Virus record (IMG/VR): IMGVR_UViG_3300038451_000147
Location: 41,336 to 105,335 of that record
Direction: 5' to 3' (one strand)
DNA: 64,000 bases
DNA from: a virus
Shown here: positions 19,192 through 28,856 of the stretch, piece by piece
How positions within the stretch are numbered: position 1 is the first letter of the stretch
Layout of the letters: each line of letters starts with the position of its first letter
Position numbers and translations under genes: made by a program
Notes under the pieces: generated by a model
What the model was told of the DNA's origin: nothing
The model's database searches: none
Seen by the model: the letters and a program-made list of their open reading frames with translations, nothing else

Positions 19192-19898
19192 TCTTCCTCA
19201 CCCTCTTCCTCTTTCTCTGGCATCTTGGTCTCGAAGTCTTCGATGGTAAGAGGCTCCTTTGTCTCATACTTGCAGATGTCTTCCATCTTCATCTCCTCTA
19301 GCCAGCCACTATGGAGTAGGATAGACCGGGCCAGAAGGTAGTAAACGGTGGCGATGGCCTTGGCTCCCACGTTGTTAGCCGGAATAGCGATATCCACATC
19401 CTCAAAGGTGGCGTTGGTGTTGCAGATGGCTATGACAGGGATGCCTATGCTAGAGGCTTCATACATGGCTCGTCTGTCTCCTCTCATGGCTTCCCCTATC
19501 TTCTGTGGGACTCCATTAGTAGGGTCTGAGACCACCAGACAGTCAGCATCCACATAACTCTTGATTTGAGAGTTGGTGAGGCTTCCCGCAACGAGACGGT
19601 GCATAACTATTGGGATGAGGGTAGCGGCATTGAAAGACTTGAGGGCATTGTCGAATCTGGGGTCTGTAGCATAGAACAAGGGTCTCATTGCAGGGTCTTG
19701 TCCATGTCGGCTTATGTGTTTGCCCACCACATCCAGTTTGTTCAGAATGGCGTTGATGTCCATCAATGGATTGCCAGCCGGAGAAACCTCAGAGACATAG
19801 ATGGCCATGTCTTTGGTGACACCGCCCTTTACCCCGATGTGGATGCCAGTGGCTCTGAGAGCGTCCTCTGTCAGCATCTTGGGAAGGATGAGACTCAT
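19188..19898 (-). CDS. rps2: Archaeal-type 30S ribosomal protein uS2, divergent
   Basis: GIHIG..TKDM..Y, R...GSLTN, VVSDP, EAS.IGIPVIAICNT, VDIAIPANN.G.KA..YYLLAR, IEDFETK, acidic tail. Confidence 0.92.
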   Translation of the reverse strand: MSLILPKMLTEDALRATGIHIGVKGGVTKDMAIYVSEVSPAGNPLMDINAILNKLDVVGKHISRHGQDPAMRPLFYATDPRFDNALKSFNAATLIPIVMHRLVAGSLTNSQIKSYVDADCLVVSDPTNGVPQKIGEAMRGDRRAMYEASSIGIPVIAICNTNATFEDVDIAIPANNVGAKAIATVYYLLARSILLHSGWLEEMKMEDICKYETKEPLTIEDFETKMPEKEEEGEEE

Positions 19899-21100
19899 GC
19901 AAAACTCTCCTCTACCGCCCTCACCAACTCGTCCAGAACGGCTTCTGGATTGTTGATGTGGGCCTTGGCAGACCCCGCTTCTCTCAAACCGCCACCTTCC
20001 ATGATGGTTGGATTGGCCGTTCTGAAGACCTTTCCGATGTGAATCGGACTATCCGCTTGGCCGTTCCTTCCTGAGACATGGATACCATACTTAGGAATGG
20101 TGTTGATGACGAACCAAGGCTTCTTGTTCTGGCCACCCAACTTGTTCGCCATTGCCGAGCCGATGTTCCATTCGTGGCTGATGACGGAGACTCCGTAGTT
20201 TCCAGTGACCATCGGGAACTCCAACTTCACGTTATTCTTCCAGTCCTCTGAGACCTTCTTGAACTCCGGCTTATACTTGATGTGGTTCATGGCCATCATC
20301 TGAGTATTGGGATTCTTCCCATCTGTAAAGAGAGGAGATGCCAAACTCCCCTTGGTTATCAGAGTATAGAGTTCCAACCAGTTGGGTATCTGCTCCAACT
20401 CCTTCATGGCCTCATAACAGAAAGGTGGTGCGGCATTGAAGACCATCCTACGTTGGACATGGAGCAACTGAGCATAGAAGTCTATGAGACCCCAATCATA
20501 GCCTAAATTCGCTTGTGTCGCTAAAAGCCCCTTGAGGCCAGCGTGTCTTGAAAGGATGTCCTGATAGATTGGGCCACCCTCTTGGCTGTCGCTTGCTACA
20601 TCGCCTCTGAGTCCGAGCAAGGCCCACTTCTCCATGTTGGCGATTGGCCATTCCAATCTCTTGGCCCACTTGTAGACGATTCCAGTGGTGCAGTTCTCAG
20701 TAGTTGATTCATAGACAAAGGTGGTGTTACCAACAGGTTCGGTCTTGTAACTAGACAAAAGTGCTTTGTATGTTGCGTAGTCTTCTGGGGTCTCCACTTC
20801 TGAGTCGGGCGGATGGTTGTCCCAAAGCACTACATTGATACCAGACTGCATAAGACTCATGGCCTTTGAGAGCATATCTAGGCCGCTTCCCAAGTCTAGA
20901 AGGTAAGCGGTTTCTGGCTTCAGAGCCTTGATTGCCGCTACATTCGCATCCGTCACCCCAAAAGTATCCCAATCTTGCCAGATGATGGTGTGCTTCGAGT
21001 TGGGCTTCGTTTGGGTGAGTGCATTGTGGACTATCCTAGTGGCGCACATCCCATCGGTATCTTCATCGGTCATAATGACCGTATCCTTGTTCTCGCTCAC
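19895..21100 (-). CDS. DHH-family phosphoesterase (RecJ/GAN/Cdc45-like)
   Basis: DEDTDG, LLDLG, DNH (in place of DHH), GLRGD, SGR, GGG...AG. Confidence 0.8.
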   Translation of the reverse strand: MSENKDTVIMTDEDTDGMCATRIVHNALTQTKPNSKHTIIWQDWDTFGVTDANVAAIKALKPETAYLLDLGSGLDMLSKAMSLMQSGINVVLWDNHPPDSEVETPEDYATYKALLSSYKTEPVGNTTFVYESTTENCTTGIVYKWAKRLEWPIANMEKWALLGLRGDVASDSQEGGPIYQDILSRHAGLKGLLATQANLGYDWGLIDFYAQLLHVQRRMVFNAAPPFCYEAMKELEQIPNWLELYTLITKGSLASPLFTDGKNPNTQMMAMNHIKYKPEFKKVSEDWKNNVKLEFPMVTGNYGVSVISHEWNIGSAMANKLGGQNKKPWFVINTIPKYGIHVSGRNGQADSPIHIGKVFRTANPTIMEGGGLREAGSAKAHINNPEAVLDELVRAVEESFA

Positions 21101-21318
21101 GCCTTTTCACCCGCTACAGCCCCGACCCCAATCTTGAGACCGAAACCGTTTTCGAGTTTGAACATGACAGCATGGTTCACTGTCATCTCTTCTGGCATCT
21201 CAACAGTCTTCGAGAACTTCTCTCTGGTGCGCTCGTCTGTCACAGTTAGCGCAAGAGTTCCATCTTTGCTTATCTTGTAGGGGCCGAAATCTCCTTCCCA
21301 CAATGTTTCTGTTTTCAT
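21097..21318 (-). CDS. Hypothetical protein, first gene of the operon
   Basis: TATA 21341-21347. Confidence 0.55.
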   Translation of the reverse strand: MKTETLWEGDFGPYKISKDGTLALTVTDERTREKFSKTVEMPEEMTVNHAVMFKLENGFGLKIGVGAVAGEKA

Positions 21319-21352
21319 GGCCTACCCATTCGTTTGAAGGTATTTAAGGATT

Positions 21353-22009
21353 CTAGACAGACTTCCTTACCCCTTTCATGAAGGTCTCTAGTTTCTTGTG
21401 GACTTCCTCTAGAACGATGACATCCTGCTTGTTGTGTTGAACGATGTATCGCATCGAGTTTGGATTGACCATCGCCGTCTTCCAGATTGTGGGTTCTAGG
21501 GGTGTCTTCTCTTCCACATGGAGCAAAGAGGCAACAGAAGCCAGTCTGTTGGAGTGCAATTGGAGTTTGGCCTTGACCAGATAGTAGAGGTCAACGTGCT
21601 GAACCTCACCATAGGCCGGGAAGTCTAGACCCCAATCCAAGGCGCGAGTCCTTATCATGGGAAGGTCGAAGCCAGTCCCATAGTAGGTGTAGAGAACGTC
21701 ATATTGTCTCATCGCGTCTATACACGCTTGGACTGTCCTCTTGTCAAAAGTCTCGGCAAGCGGCTCATCTGGGACTCTCATGCAGTCCCAAACCATCTCC
21801 CTACTGTCTCTAGTCTTGATGGCCCAACTGTAGATAATGTTGAAGTCTCCCTGAAGACCGTTGGCTTCAATATCTAGATAGCCAACCTTCATGTCCTTAT
21901 TCATATAGTCATCAAGGAACTTCTTCCAACAGTTCGGGTGTCCTACGCCAGTGTGCGCGTGTTCGCACTTCCACAGCGCGGGACTGATTAGTGGTTTCTT
22001 ACCTTTCAT
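21353..22009 (-). CDS. DEDD 3'-5' exonuclease (RNase_H_2 / PolB-exonuclease-like, stand-alone)
   Basis: YLDIE, YYGTGFDLP, HVDLY, HNKQDV. Confidence 0.85.
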   Translation of the reverse strand: MKGKKPLISPALWKCEHAHTGVGHPNCWKKFLDDYMNKDMKVGYLDIEANGLQGDFNIIYSWAIKTRDSREMVWDCMRVPDEPLAETFDKRTVQACIDAMRQYDVLYTYYGTGFDLPMIRTRALDWGLDFPAYGEVQHVDLYYLVKAKLQLHSNRLASVASLLHVEEKTPLEPTIWKTAMVNPNSMRYIVQHNKQDVIVLEEVHKKLETFMKGVRKSV

Positions 22010-22114
22010 AGCATACCCACCATCGCAATGGTATTTAAGGATTCGCTCATTTTCGCGTCTACTAGATGTGTATACGCGAACAGTCTACTTAAGCGTTGTC
22101 GTTGATAAAGTTGT

Positions 22115-22756
22115 TTATAATGTTCCAACAGTCACATACCCCTTTGCCGCTTCCAGACCGTCAGGAGTCCCACAATCGAAGAACTTGCTCTTCGTCTTGA
22201 TGACATCGAACTTCGTTCCCTTCTGAATCATCTGAAAGAGGACTTGGTTCATGTTCCCATATCGCAACTGGCCATTCTCCAAAAGTCTCTTGGTAGTCGT
22301 CTTCATCAGGTCGGTGAAGATGTCATCCGCGATGTAGGTATCCGCCGTAACATAGGCGTGCTCCTTAGAGATGAACTCATCCATGAAGTTGTAGTTATCG
22401 AAGTAGGAGTCAATCGCACCAAAGACGACCTCTTTGAACTTGGTGTTGACGGTCATAGCCGGGATGCCGCTAGTCATCCAAAGAGAGGGGTTGTTAACCT
22501 GTCCCTTGCTTCCATTGGTGTCCAGAAAGAGTGTGATGGTCTTATCACTAAAGGTGCTGTGAGCATTGTCATTATACCACTTGTTCCACCAACCCTGATT
22601 GATTCGGTTGTGGACTATCCAAACCGTATCGGCTGGAACAGCACTGATTGTCCTCTCAAAGAGGCGGTTGCCGTTACTGTCTAACAGAAGGTGCTTCTGG
22701 ATTTGGTCTGCCGTGTATCCGCCAGCCATCAGAACTAGAACACGCCCACTACTCAT
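22115..22756 (-). CDS. Degenerate sugar-phosphate nucleotidyltransferase-like protein
   Basis: VLMAGG, K.LL, C-terminal FFDCGTPDGL; lacks the G.GTR signature. Confidence 0.6.
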   Translation of the reverse strand: MSSGRVLVLMAGGYTADQIQKHLLLDSNGNRLFERTISAVPADTVWIVHNRINQGWWNKWYNDNAHSTFSDKTITLFLDTNGSKGQVNNPSLWMTSGIPAMTVNTKFKEVVFGAIDSYFDNYNFMDEFISKEHAYVTADTYIADDIFTDLMKTTTKRLLENGQLRYGNMNQVLFQMIQKGTKFDVIKTKSKFFDCGTPDGLEAAKGYVTVGTL

Positions 22757-22803
22757 GAATACCCCTAGTATAATAGCCTATTTAAAGATTCTCGGTTGCT
22801 ATA

Positions 22804-23859
22804 CTATACGAAGGTAAGGCCACCAAGAGATGAGAGAACTAGGGCTATGTGGTTCCCTATGGTAGTAGTGCCACCGCCAGCGAACAGTAGAGCCACTGCT
22901 TTCTGGTCGCTCTGCCTCATGATTAAAGAGCCAGAGTCTCCGCCAGCACTGAACGGAGTGGTCATATCCTGAACGATGACCTGTTCTATGAAGGTTGCTA
23001 CATTGGAACCGCCATAGCCAACAGTGATGGTTCCAGCCGTATCTATCACAAGACCAGTGGTGACTCCTGTAGTGCGCCCGGATTTGGTCACAACATCTCC
23101 GTCTACAGCCTCACTTACCCCTATCGGAGAGAACAAACCGTTCTCCTGTGGCAGATAGTTGGTCTGGTCGTTGAGAGTGGCCCACGCACAATCAACTTGG
23201 TTCTGTGCTATTTGCTTGACTGTCCCATGAAGCCTTGTCTTCCTATGAAGACCCTTTGCCAAGCCATTGTATGCGCCAGAAATCATAGCGGCATTGGGAC
23301 AGTTGCTAGGCTGTGTGCCATCATACACAATCGGAACGAAATAGGCGAGTTTGGCTATCTGGTCATTGAGTAGAGTGCCACCATCGTAGGCTCCCGGCTG
23401 AAGGATGGGGTCTCCCATACTCGCATTGTTCTCATTGGCCAGAACGTGGTTGTTACTCAGAATGCCGATAGTGCCAGTCGGGTCTTTCACAAAGTAGTCT
23501 ATAGTGCCAGCCGTAATCTCATAGTGGCCTACGCTGATTCCGCCTATAAGGGGTCTGAACTTTTTTGTCGGGTCTTGAAAGGGTGGGGCCGACCTAGCCT
23601 TCTGATGACCAATCTCGATAACATCAACAGCGATTGTATTCCCATTCTCATCCTCTATGTTGTCTGGAAGTATCTCCTCTGCTTTCAACTCAGAGAGAGC
23701 CTTCTTCTTCTCAACGTAGACTCTTACGGCCATATTCCCTGTTCTCTTCCCGCCCTTGAGTTCGTCCTTCAACTCGGCACTGTAACCGTTGACATTCGGA
23801 AAGTTCTCATGGAAATATGCGAGAGCCGCAACTAGATTAGGATGTAGTCTTTTACCCAT
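22804..23859 (-). CDS. Trypsin-like serine protease (Nal1-like)
   Basis: SNNHVLA (His), VDCA (Asp), GDSGS (Ser), QPG..DGG, KSGRTTG. Confidence 0.9.
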   Translation of the reverse strand: MGKRLHPNLVAALAYFHENFPNVNGYSAELKDELKGGKRTGNMAVRVYVEKKKALSELKAEEILPDNIEDENGNTIAVDVIEIGHQKARSAPPFQDPTKKFRPLIGGISVGHYEITAGTIDYFVKDPTGTIGILSNNHVLANENNASMGDPILQPGAYDGGTLLNDQIAKLAYFVPIVYDGTQPSNCPNAAMISGAYNGLAKGLHRKTRLHGTVKQIAQNQVDCAWATLNDQTNYLPQENGLFSPIGVSEAVDGDVVTKSGRTTGVTTGLVIDTAGTITVGYGGSNVATFIEQVIVQDMTTPFSAGGDSGSLIMRQSDQKAVALLFAGGGTTTIGNHIALVLSSLGGLTFV

Positions 23860-23900
23860 ACCCTATCACTGGTCGGGAAAGCATTTAAAGGTTTGCCTTA

Positions 23901-24203
23901 CTATAGTTTGATTTCCTTGGGCGTGTATGTGAGAACAGTCCGGCCCTCATTCTCATGTTCGATGGTGAAGACCATAGCCAGCAGAACTAGACTCTGATAC
24001 TCGCTCTTGACCGTTTTGAAGAGTTGGGTGGCAAAGGACTCAGGACTGGTCTTGCTTTCCTCTGAGATGTGAGACATGATAACCTGAAGGTCTCTCCGGG
24101 CTTGCCAGATGATTTTAGGTGGGAGAACCTCTCCCTTCAGTTTGGGGATGTCCACTATGAGAGAGACTTGAGGCTGTCCCGCGTAGGCAAAAGTCACTTG
24201 CAT
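23901..24203 (-). CDS. Hypothetical protein
   Basis: ATG 24203; one of a divergent promoter pair at 24208-24233. Confidence 0.5.
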   Translation of the reverse strand: MQVTFAYAGQPQVSLIVDIPKLKGEVLPPKIIWQARRDLQVIMSHISEESKTSPESFATQLFKTVKSEYQSLVLLAMVFTIEHENEGRTVLTYTPKEIKL

Positions 24204-24237
24204 AGCGTTTAAATAGAACAGAGGGATTATAAAGATT

Positions 24238-24696
24238 ATGCTCCGTAACTCACAAGGGAAGCCAGCCTTCTGGCGCATCAGCACTACCAACGACCCTAAT
24301 GACAAGACTATCCAGATACAAACCGACTATCCCTTCGTCTTCGTCTATACCTCAAATACAGGTGCGCCTCTGGGCGTGTCTCAGGCTCCAACTGGCGTAT
24401 GGAGTCCCTTGATTGCAACATGGACATTCCCACAAATACCTTACCCGACTAGCATAAACGTAGAGATTCTAGACGGCGGAAGCCATCAATCCTATGGCTC
24501 TGAAGTGCTTTCGGTCTTCGGTGGCGATGTCTTTAGAATGAGGATAACCTATCCAAGCACCGAGAGCAACAATCCGGCTGGACACGGATACATTGACGCT
24601 ATGGTAGATGGTCAAAGGATGACCATCTACGGAGAGAACTACTTACAACAGGAGTTCTATCACGATGATGTCTGGACGAGAGGTTCCGGCAACTAA
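24238..24696 (+). CDS. Hypothetical beta-rich protein
   Basis: TATA 24208-24215. Confidence 0.55.
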   Translation: MLRNSQGKPAFWRISTTNDPNDKTIQIQTDYPFVFVYTSNTGAPLGVSQAPTGVWSPLIATWTFPQIPYPTSINVEILDGGSHQSYGSEVLSVFGGDVFRMRITYPSTESNNPAGHGYIDAMVDGQRMTIYGENYLQQEFYHDDVWTRGSGN

Positions 24697-24715
24697 TCGT
24701 TCCTATTCATGGAGA

Positions 24716-24958
24716 CTACCCAAACATCGGAACTGCCGCTATACCTTTCGGTTGCTCTTCTTTCTCGAAGGCATCGTCCAAAACCTTATGGAAGATAGTC
24801 CTCATAAGCATGAGTTTGGACTCGACCAAAAGGTGGTCTCTCTGAAGTGAATCGAACAGAGCAACAACTTCTTTCTCGCTCATATCATGTCGTAGGCTGT
24901 TTGCGAACTCAAGGAGTTCTTTTTCTACATCTCTTGTTGTTTCCATGCCACAACCCAT
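24716..24958 (-). CDS. Hypothetical helical protein
   Basis: TATA at ~24970; the true start may be the second ATG. Confidence 0.5.
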   Translation of the reverse strand: MGCGMETTRDVEKELLEFANSLRHDMSEKEVVALFDSLQRDHLLVESKLMLMRTIFHKVLDDAFEKEEQPKGIAAVPMFG

Positions 24959-24979
24959 TATCCTGTGGCTATTTAAGGA

Positions 24980-25324
24980 TTACAGTTGAAGGTTGGGCAA
25001 GTTAGCCCTCAGTCCTTGATTCCTCTTAATCCACTGACAATTCCAGCACAAAACCTGATAGCCGCCCGGATAGTGGTGCTTCTTGAGCCAGCAGTAGAAC
25101 CTGTATCCATGTCCCTCTTCTGCCCTTCTCTCGGCTCCATCATCATCAATGTGGTCAATAGTCAGCGCATCCAAATTAGTGTAGGGTAACTGGTGTTCTC
25201 CAAAAGGATTGGCGCATTGTGGCGGGTCGTGCTGAGAGTAAAAGCACATCACTTCCATCTTTAAATAGTATCGCTTTTTGAACTGTGCTTCCTTGTAACG
25301 CATCTCTGCGTCTGAACTTTCCAT
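24980..25324 (-). CDS. HNH-type endonuclease
   Basis: CANPFGEH..LTIDHI..GA..YQVLCWNCQ. Confidence 0.7.
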   Translation of the reverse strand: MESSDAEMRYKEAQFKKRYYLKMEVMCFYSQHDPPQCANPFGEHQLPYTNLDALTIDHIDDDGAERRAEEGHGYRFYCWLKKHHYPGGYQVLCWNCQWIKRNQGLRANLPNLQL

Positions 25325-25539
25325 CCCGGCATGGCAGAACCTCTGCCCCTTATAAGGATTTCACGATTTTAGGAATCCCTATATGGTAGAAGAGAACCAG
25401 AAGAGTTCAATTAGAGTTCGTGTGTGATTCTGAGGAACCATCTCCTTCTAGTTCCTCATAAATCTCAAATAGAAGGAGAATAACAATCATAACACAACTA
25501 ACAGAATGCTTATAAAGGGTGGGATTGCAAGGGTGGGGT

Positions 25540-26615
25540 ATGAGCAAGAAATCAGAACGGTGGCCGTTACCTAAGTTCAAACTACATCTAAAGTCAGAAG
25601 GGTGGCTTGAGGTCACTCTTCCTTTGAAGAACGTTTCAGCATCACAAATCCAAGTGCGAGTCTCCTATTATGAGAGAAGCAGTGATGGGAAGATGATTGG
25701 ACAGAAGCAGACGCTTGACACGACCAAGGGAGACCTCATCGCTGAGATAGAGATGTGGGAACAATGACTAAAGACTGTCTTCCTGTTTCAGTTGGTTGGC
25801 GGTTAACAGGGTTGTCTTCTACATGGAAGGACTGTGATAGTTTCGCTAGAGAAAATGGATGGGTTGAATTTCACTTTCTAGATGGCCGTAGAATGTTCTA
25901 TCCCTCTGATGTCATAACGTGGATAGAGGTTGCTGGCGAAAGGAAATGAGCCAGTATTCTGATGACTATTGGTTCAGATACTTCATGATGGAAGACACCG
26001 CACGACAGGATTGGAAGAGTAGACAAGAATGGCGTAAAGCAAGAGGATTGCCACCACTTCCCTCATTTGAGGAAGCCCTTGTCGCAAGTCGGGGTCAAGA
26101 ATGGGTGAATGCTTATAAAGAGGCAAAACAGAGGCTAGTGTCATGAGCGAGAAAGTAGTAAGCGAAGTCATCACAGCCCAGACGAGAGCCGCTTTCGAGC
26201 AGAAGGTCAAGGATAAACTCAAGGCGTGCTATTCTCAAGGTTCTGAGGTCAATGTGAACGAGTTCTCTCAGAAGTATGGGGTTCGGACTAGCAACGTGAG
26301 AAAGGCTGTAGAGGCACTTGAGAAAGAAGGATACGTTCTGAAGTTGCCAACGGCGGTTCCAAGACCGAAGCCAAGTGAGCAAAGATGAAAGGCACACCCG
26401 TCAAGATGACTAAGGAGCAGATACAGGAGATGATTGCGACAACGGCTAAAAGATACAGGGGTGAGCCGCCTCAGTGGAGATACGGCTATCTTTGCGCCCT
26501 TCACCAGATAGGAGAGGACGATGGAAAGGACGACTGCAACCATTATGACACAGAAGGGTCGCTTGAGGCGTTCTTCAAACTGATAGGCAAGGACTATAAA
26601 CAGGTGTATGCGTAA
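25540..26615 (+). CDS. Operon of five small ORFs (25540-25767, 25764-25949, 25946-26146, 26143-26388 winged HTH, 26385-26615)
   Basis: Consecutive ATGA overlaps; 26143 has VRKAVEALEKEGYV wHTH. Confidence 0.55.
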
Positions 26616-26953
26616 TGAGTTCATCAACTCCACCCGCATCTGAGACAAGTGCCGGAACTCCTACCCCAGAGCAACCTCTGAAGTTCCCGGCCTTTGAGGA
26701 CTCGGACATCAAAGTGCTGAAAGGCATCACACTCTCCAAGAACGGTGGTTGGTGGAGTGCCATCTTGCTTGTCGAGACCTACCACAAGATACAGGTGAAG
26801 TGGTATCTCTGGCAAGAGAAGGAGAATAAGGACACCCATCAGAAGGAGTGGAAGAGGAAACAACACTACACTATCAACCCATTCAATTGGGAAGAGTGCA
26901 AGAAGATAACAGACCAACTTCTCCTAGAGAGAAAGGGGATAAAGCCATCATGA
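26615..26953 (+). CDS. Possible PC4/Whirly-like nucleic-acid-binding protein
   Basis: Aromatic beta-strands (WWSAILLV, WYLWQ, WKRKQ) followed by a helix. Confidence 0.4.
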   Translation: MSSSTPPASETSAGTPTPEQPLKFPAFEDSDIKVLKGITLSKNGGWWSAILLVETYHKIQVKWYLWQEKENKDTHQKEWKRKQHYTINPFNWEECKKITDQLLLERKGIKPS

Positions 26954-27357
26954 GTTTCTCCACTTGCACTCGTTGTAACAGACCATTTAATGAACATCCA
27001 ACGAAGTTTGAAGATGCACCTGCTCCATTCATGGTTGCAAGACGCTACCAAGTCAATGAGAGATGCACTCTCTCATCTGAATCAGAACTCAAGGTAGGAG
27101 ACAAATACAACGGCCACAAGATGTCTCCTCTCACCCTCTCTGTCAAAGAGATTGTGGACGAATACAAGAAAGCCACCCAGAACTTCGGAGCGTTCCACAA
27201 CGCACATGAGGGTTATGCAGTCATTCTAGAAGAGTTGGACGAACTGAAGGATGAGGTCTTCAAACAGCATCCTCAAAGGACTAAGGAGAGGTTGAGAGCA
27301 GAGGCCAGACAGGTGGCGGCAATGGCTCTCAGATTCATGGTGGATGTTACATCATGA
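26950..27357 (+). CDS. Protein with C-terminal MazG-like NTP pyrophosphatase domain
   Basis: HEGYAVILEELDEL..EV...EARQVAAMALRF. Confidence 0.7.
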   Translation: MSFSTCTRCNRPFNEHPTKFEDAPAPFMVARRYQVNERCTLSSESELKVGDKYNGHKMSPLTLSVKEIVDEYKKATQNFGAFHNAHEGYAVILEELDELKDEVFKQHPQRTKERLRAEARQVAAMALRFMVDVTS

Positions 27358-27575
27358 GCGATAGCGAAGACCTCAAGACAATGAAGCAGAGGGTGGCCAA
27401 AGCCTTTCTCGCCTTTATGCACGCCAACGACACTGGCCTAACTCAAGACCAGATAAGGGCCATTCAAATCATCTGTTCAAACTACGAGTTTGGAGATGCG
27501 GTAAGAGCTTATTTGAACACTATATATCCTGTTCAGTCTGTGAAGCCAACTTCTTCCGATACTCCACAAATCTGA
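27354..27575 (+). CDS. Hypothetical protein
   Basis: ATGA coupling. Confidence 0.5.
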   Translation: MSDSEDLKTMKQRVAKAFLAFMHANDTGLTQDQIRAIQIICSNYEFGDAVRAYLNTIYPVQSVKPTSSDTPQI

Positions 27576-27737
27576 GCCAGTAGTTCCTGTAGGTGAATGA
27601 GGCTTGGTGTCTACCGTAACCATGCTCCATGAGGGTGGTCACAATCTCATCCCTAGATTTGGGTGGAGAGGCTATGAAACAGGTATACATCCATTGGGCG
27701 ATTGATGGGTATCCTAAGAAGGGCTTGGGGTGCATCT

Positions 27738-28100
27738 CTAAGGCACTGGATGACGGGCTATGACGTTGATGCTGAAGGTCTCCGTGTCCTCTAGGTAGGT
27801 GTAAGCAGGAGCGAATCCAGTAGTCATCTCAATCTCTGCATCAAAGGTTCCTGTGATAGAGAAGTCGCCCTGTAGCACTATGTAGGTGGCTATACACCTG
27901 ATGCCAGTTATGGGGTCTACTGAAGTAGTGCAAGTCCCGCTAAACGAAACAGTAGGGTCTTCCTCTTGCGTAAACACCCATAGAGTGGGCGTTTCACCAG
28001 TTAGGTCTCTAGGCGTTCCATCAGCATTGAGTATGGTGAAGGTAAGGGCAAACCCGAAGTTGTCCACTTTAACGACCAATCCTGATGGCATTTCTTTCAC
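27738..28100 (-). CDS. BppU-N-like baseplate/fibre attachment protein
   Basis: LTFTI...DGTP.DLTG, Y....GDF...G.F.AEIE. Confidence 0.6.
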   Translation of the reverse strand: MKEMPSGLVVKVDNFGFALTFTILNADGTPRDLTGETPTLWVFTQEEDPTVSFSGTCTTSVDPITGIRCIATYIVLQGDFSITGTFDAEIEMTTGFAPAYTYLEDTETFSINVIARHPVP

Positions 28101-28130
28101 ACTGGATAGGGACTTCCGACTATTTAAAGT

Positions 28131-28838
28131 CTAAGTCGGGTTGCTGTCCATAACGAACTTGACCTCTTTCTTTGGGGTTTTAGCCTTGAATGAGTGGTCT
28201 CTCATCTTGACGGTCAACTCACGCACTTCTGGCACTGTGATAGGATTTATGGTTATTGAGGTCGCTCCCCAATAACCCACAGCCACAGCTACAACTACAA
28301 ATGAGCCAGTGTTGTGAATAGTGAAGTCAAAAGGAACAGGAGTCGGAGGCAAATTTGGGCTTTCGTAATGCTGTGCAAATACCGTAGGTGCTACAAATGC
28401 GCTGTCTGTTCTCCTCACACCAACACCGCCTATTAATAGGTCGGTATCGCCAGTGAAAGTCTCCGTATAAGCAGAATCGTGGCCAACTGTAGCCCCGCCA
28501 CTACGTTCTGAATCGGCATCTATGTTGGCTGGCGGTAATGTAGTAGAACCGATTTGGCTGTTGCCACTGCAATAGGCATAGATGTAATAGTCATCTATGG
28601 GAGTGTAGCCACCACCCCATAGTGTGAGCGTATCAGTAAACATACTCGTCTCAAGAGCATAACCAACATCCGTTGTATAGGTTCCGCTAGGGAACTCATA
28701 GGCGGCAAAAGCAAAGTTAGTCCAACTCCAACTAGGTGTCACAAGAACCTCATAATCTCCGACAGTGGCAGATGGAATCACAAACATCCACACTGTCTCG
28801 TAGTCATCTGGCCCTGTCTGGTTTATTACGATTGACAC
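28131..28838 (-). CDS. Beta-rich virion protein
   Basis: Composition and position in the fibre cluster. Confidence 0.5.
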   Translation of the reverse strand: MSIVINQTGPDDYETVWMFVIPSATVGDYEVLVTPSWSWTNFAFAAYEFPSGTYTTDVGYALETSMFTDTLTLWGGGYTPIDDYYIYAYCSGNSQIGSTTLPPANIDADSERSGGATVGHDSAYTETFTGDTDLLIGGVGVRRTDSAFVAPTVFAQHYESPNLPPTPVPFDFTIHNTGSFVVVAVAVGYWGATSITINPITVPEVRELTVKMRDHSFKAKTPKKEVKFVMDSNPT

Positions 28839-28856
28839 AATTTATACTAGGCTACT

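Noticed and set aside
19188-19898. rps2 as host chromosome or provirus boundary
   Set aside because: No neighbouring host housekeeping genes, overlap-coupled to viral ORFs, divergent sequence, and no integrase or att site seen
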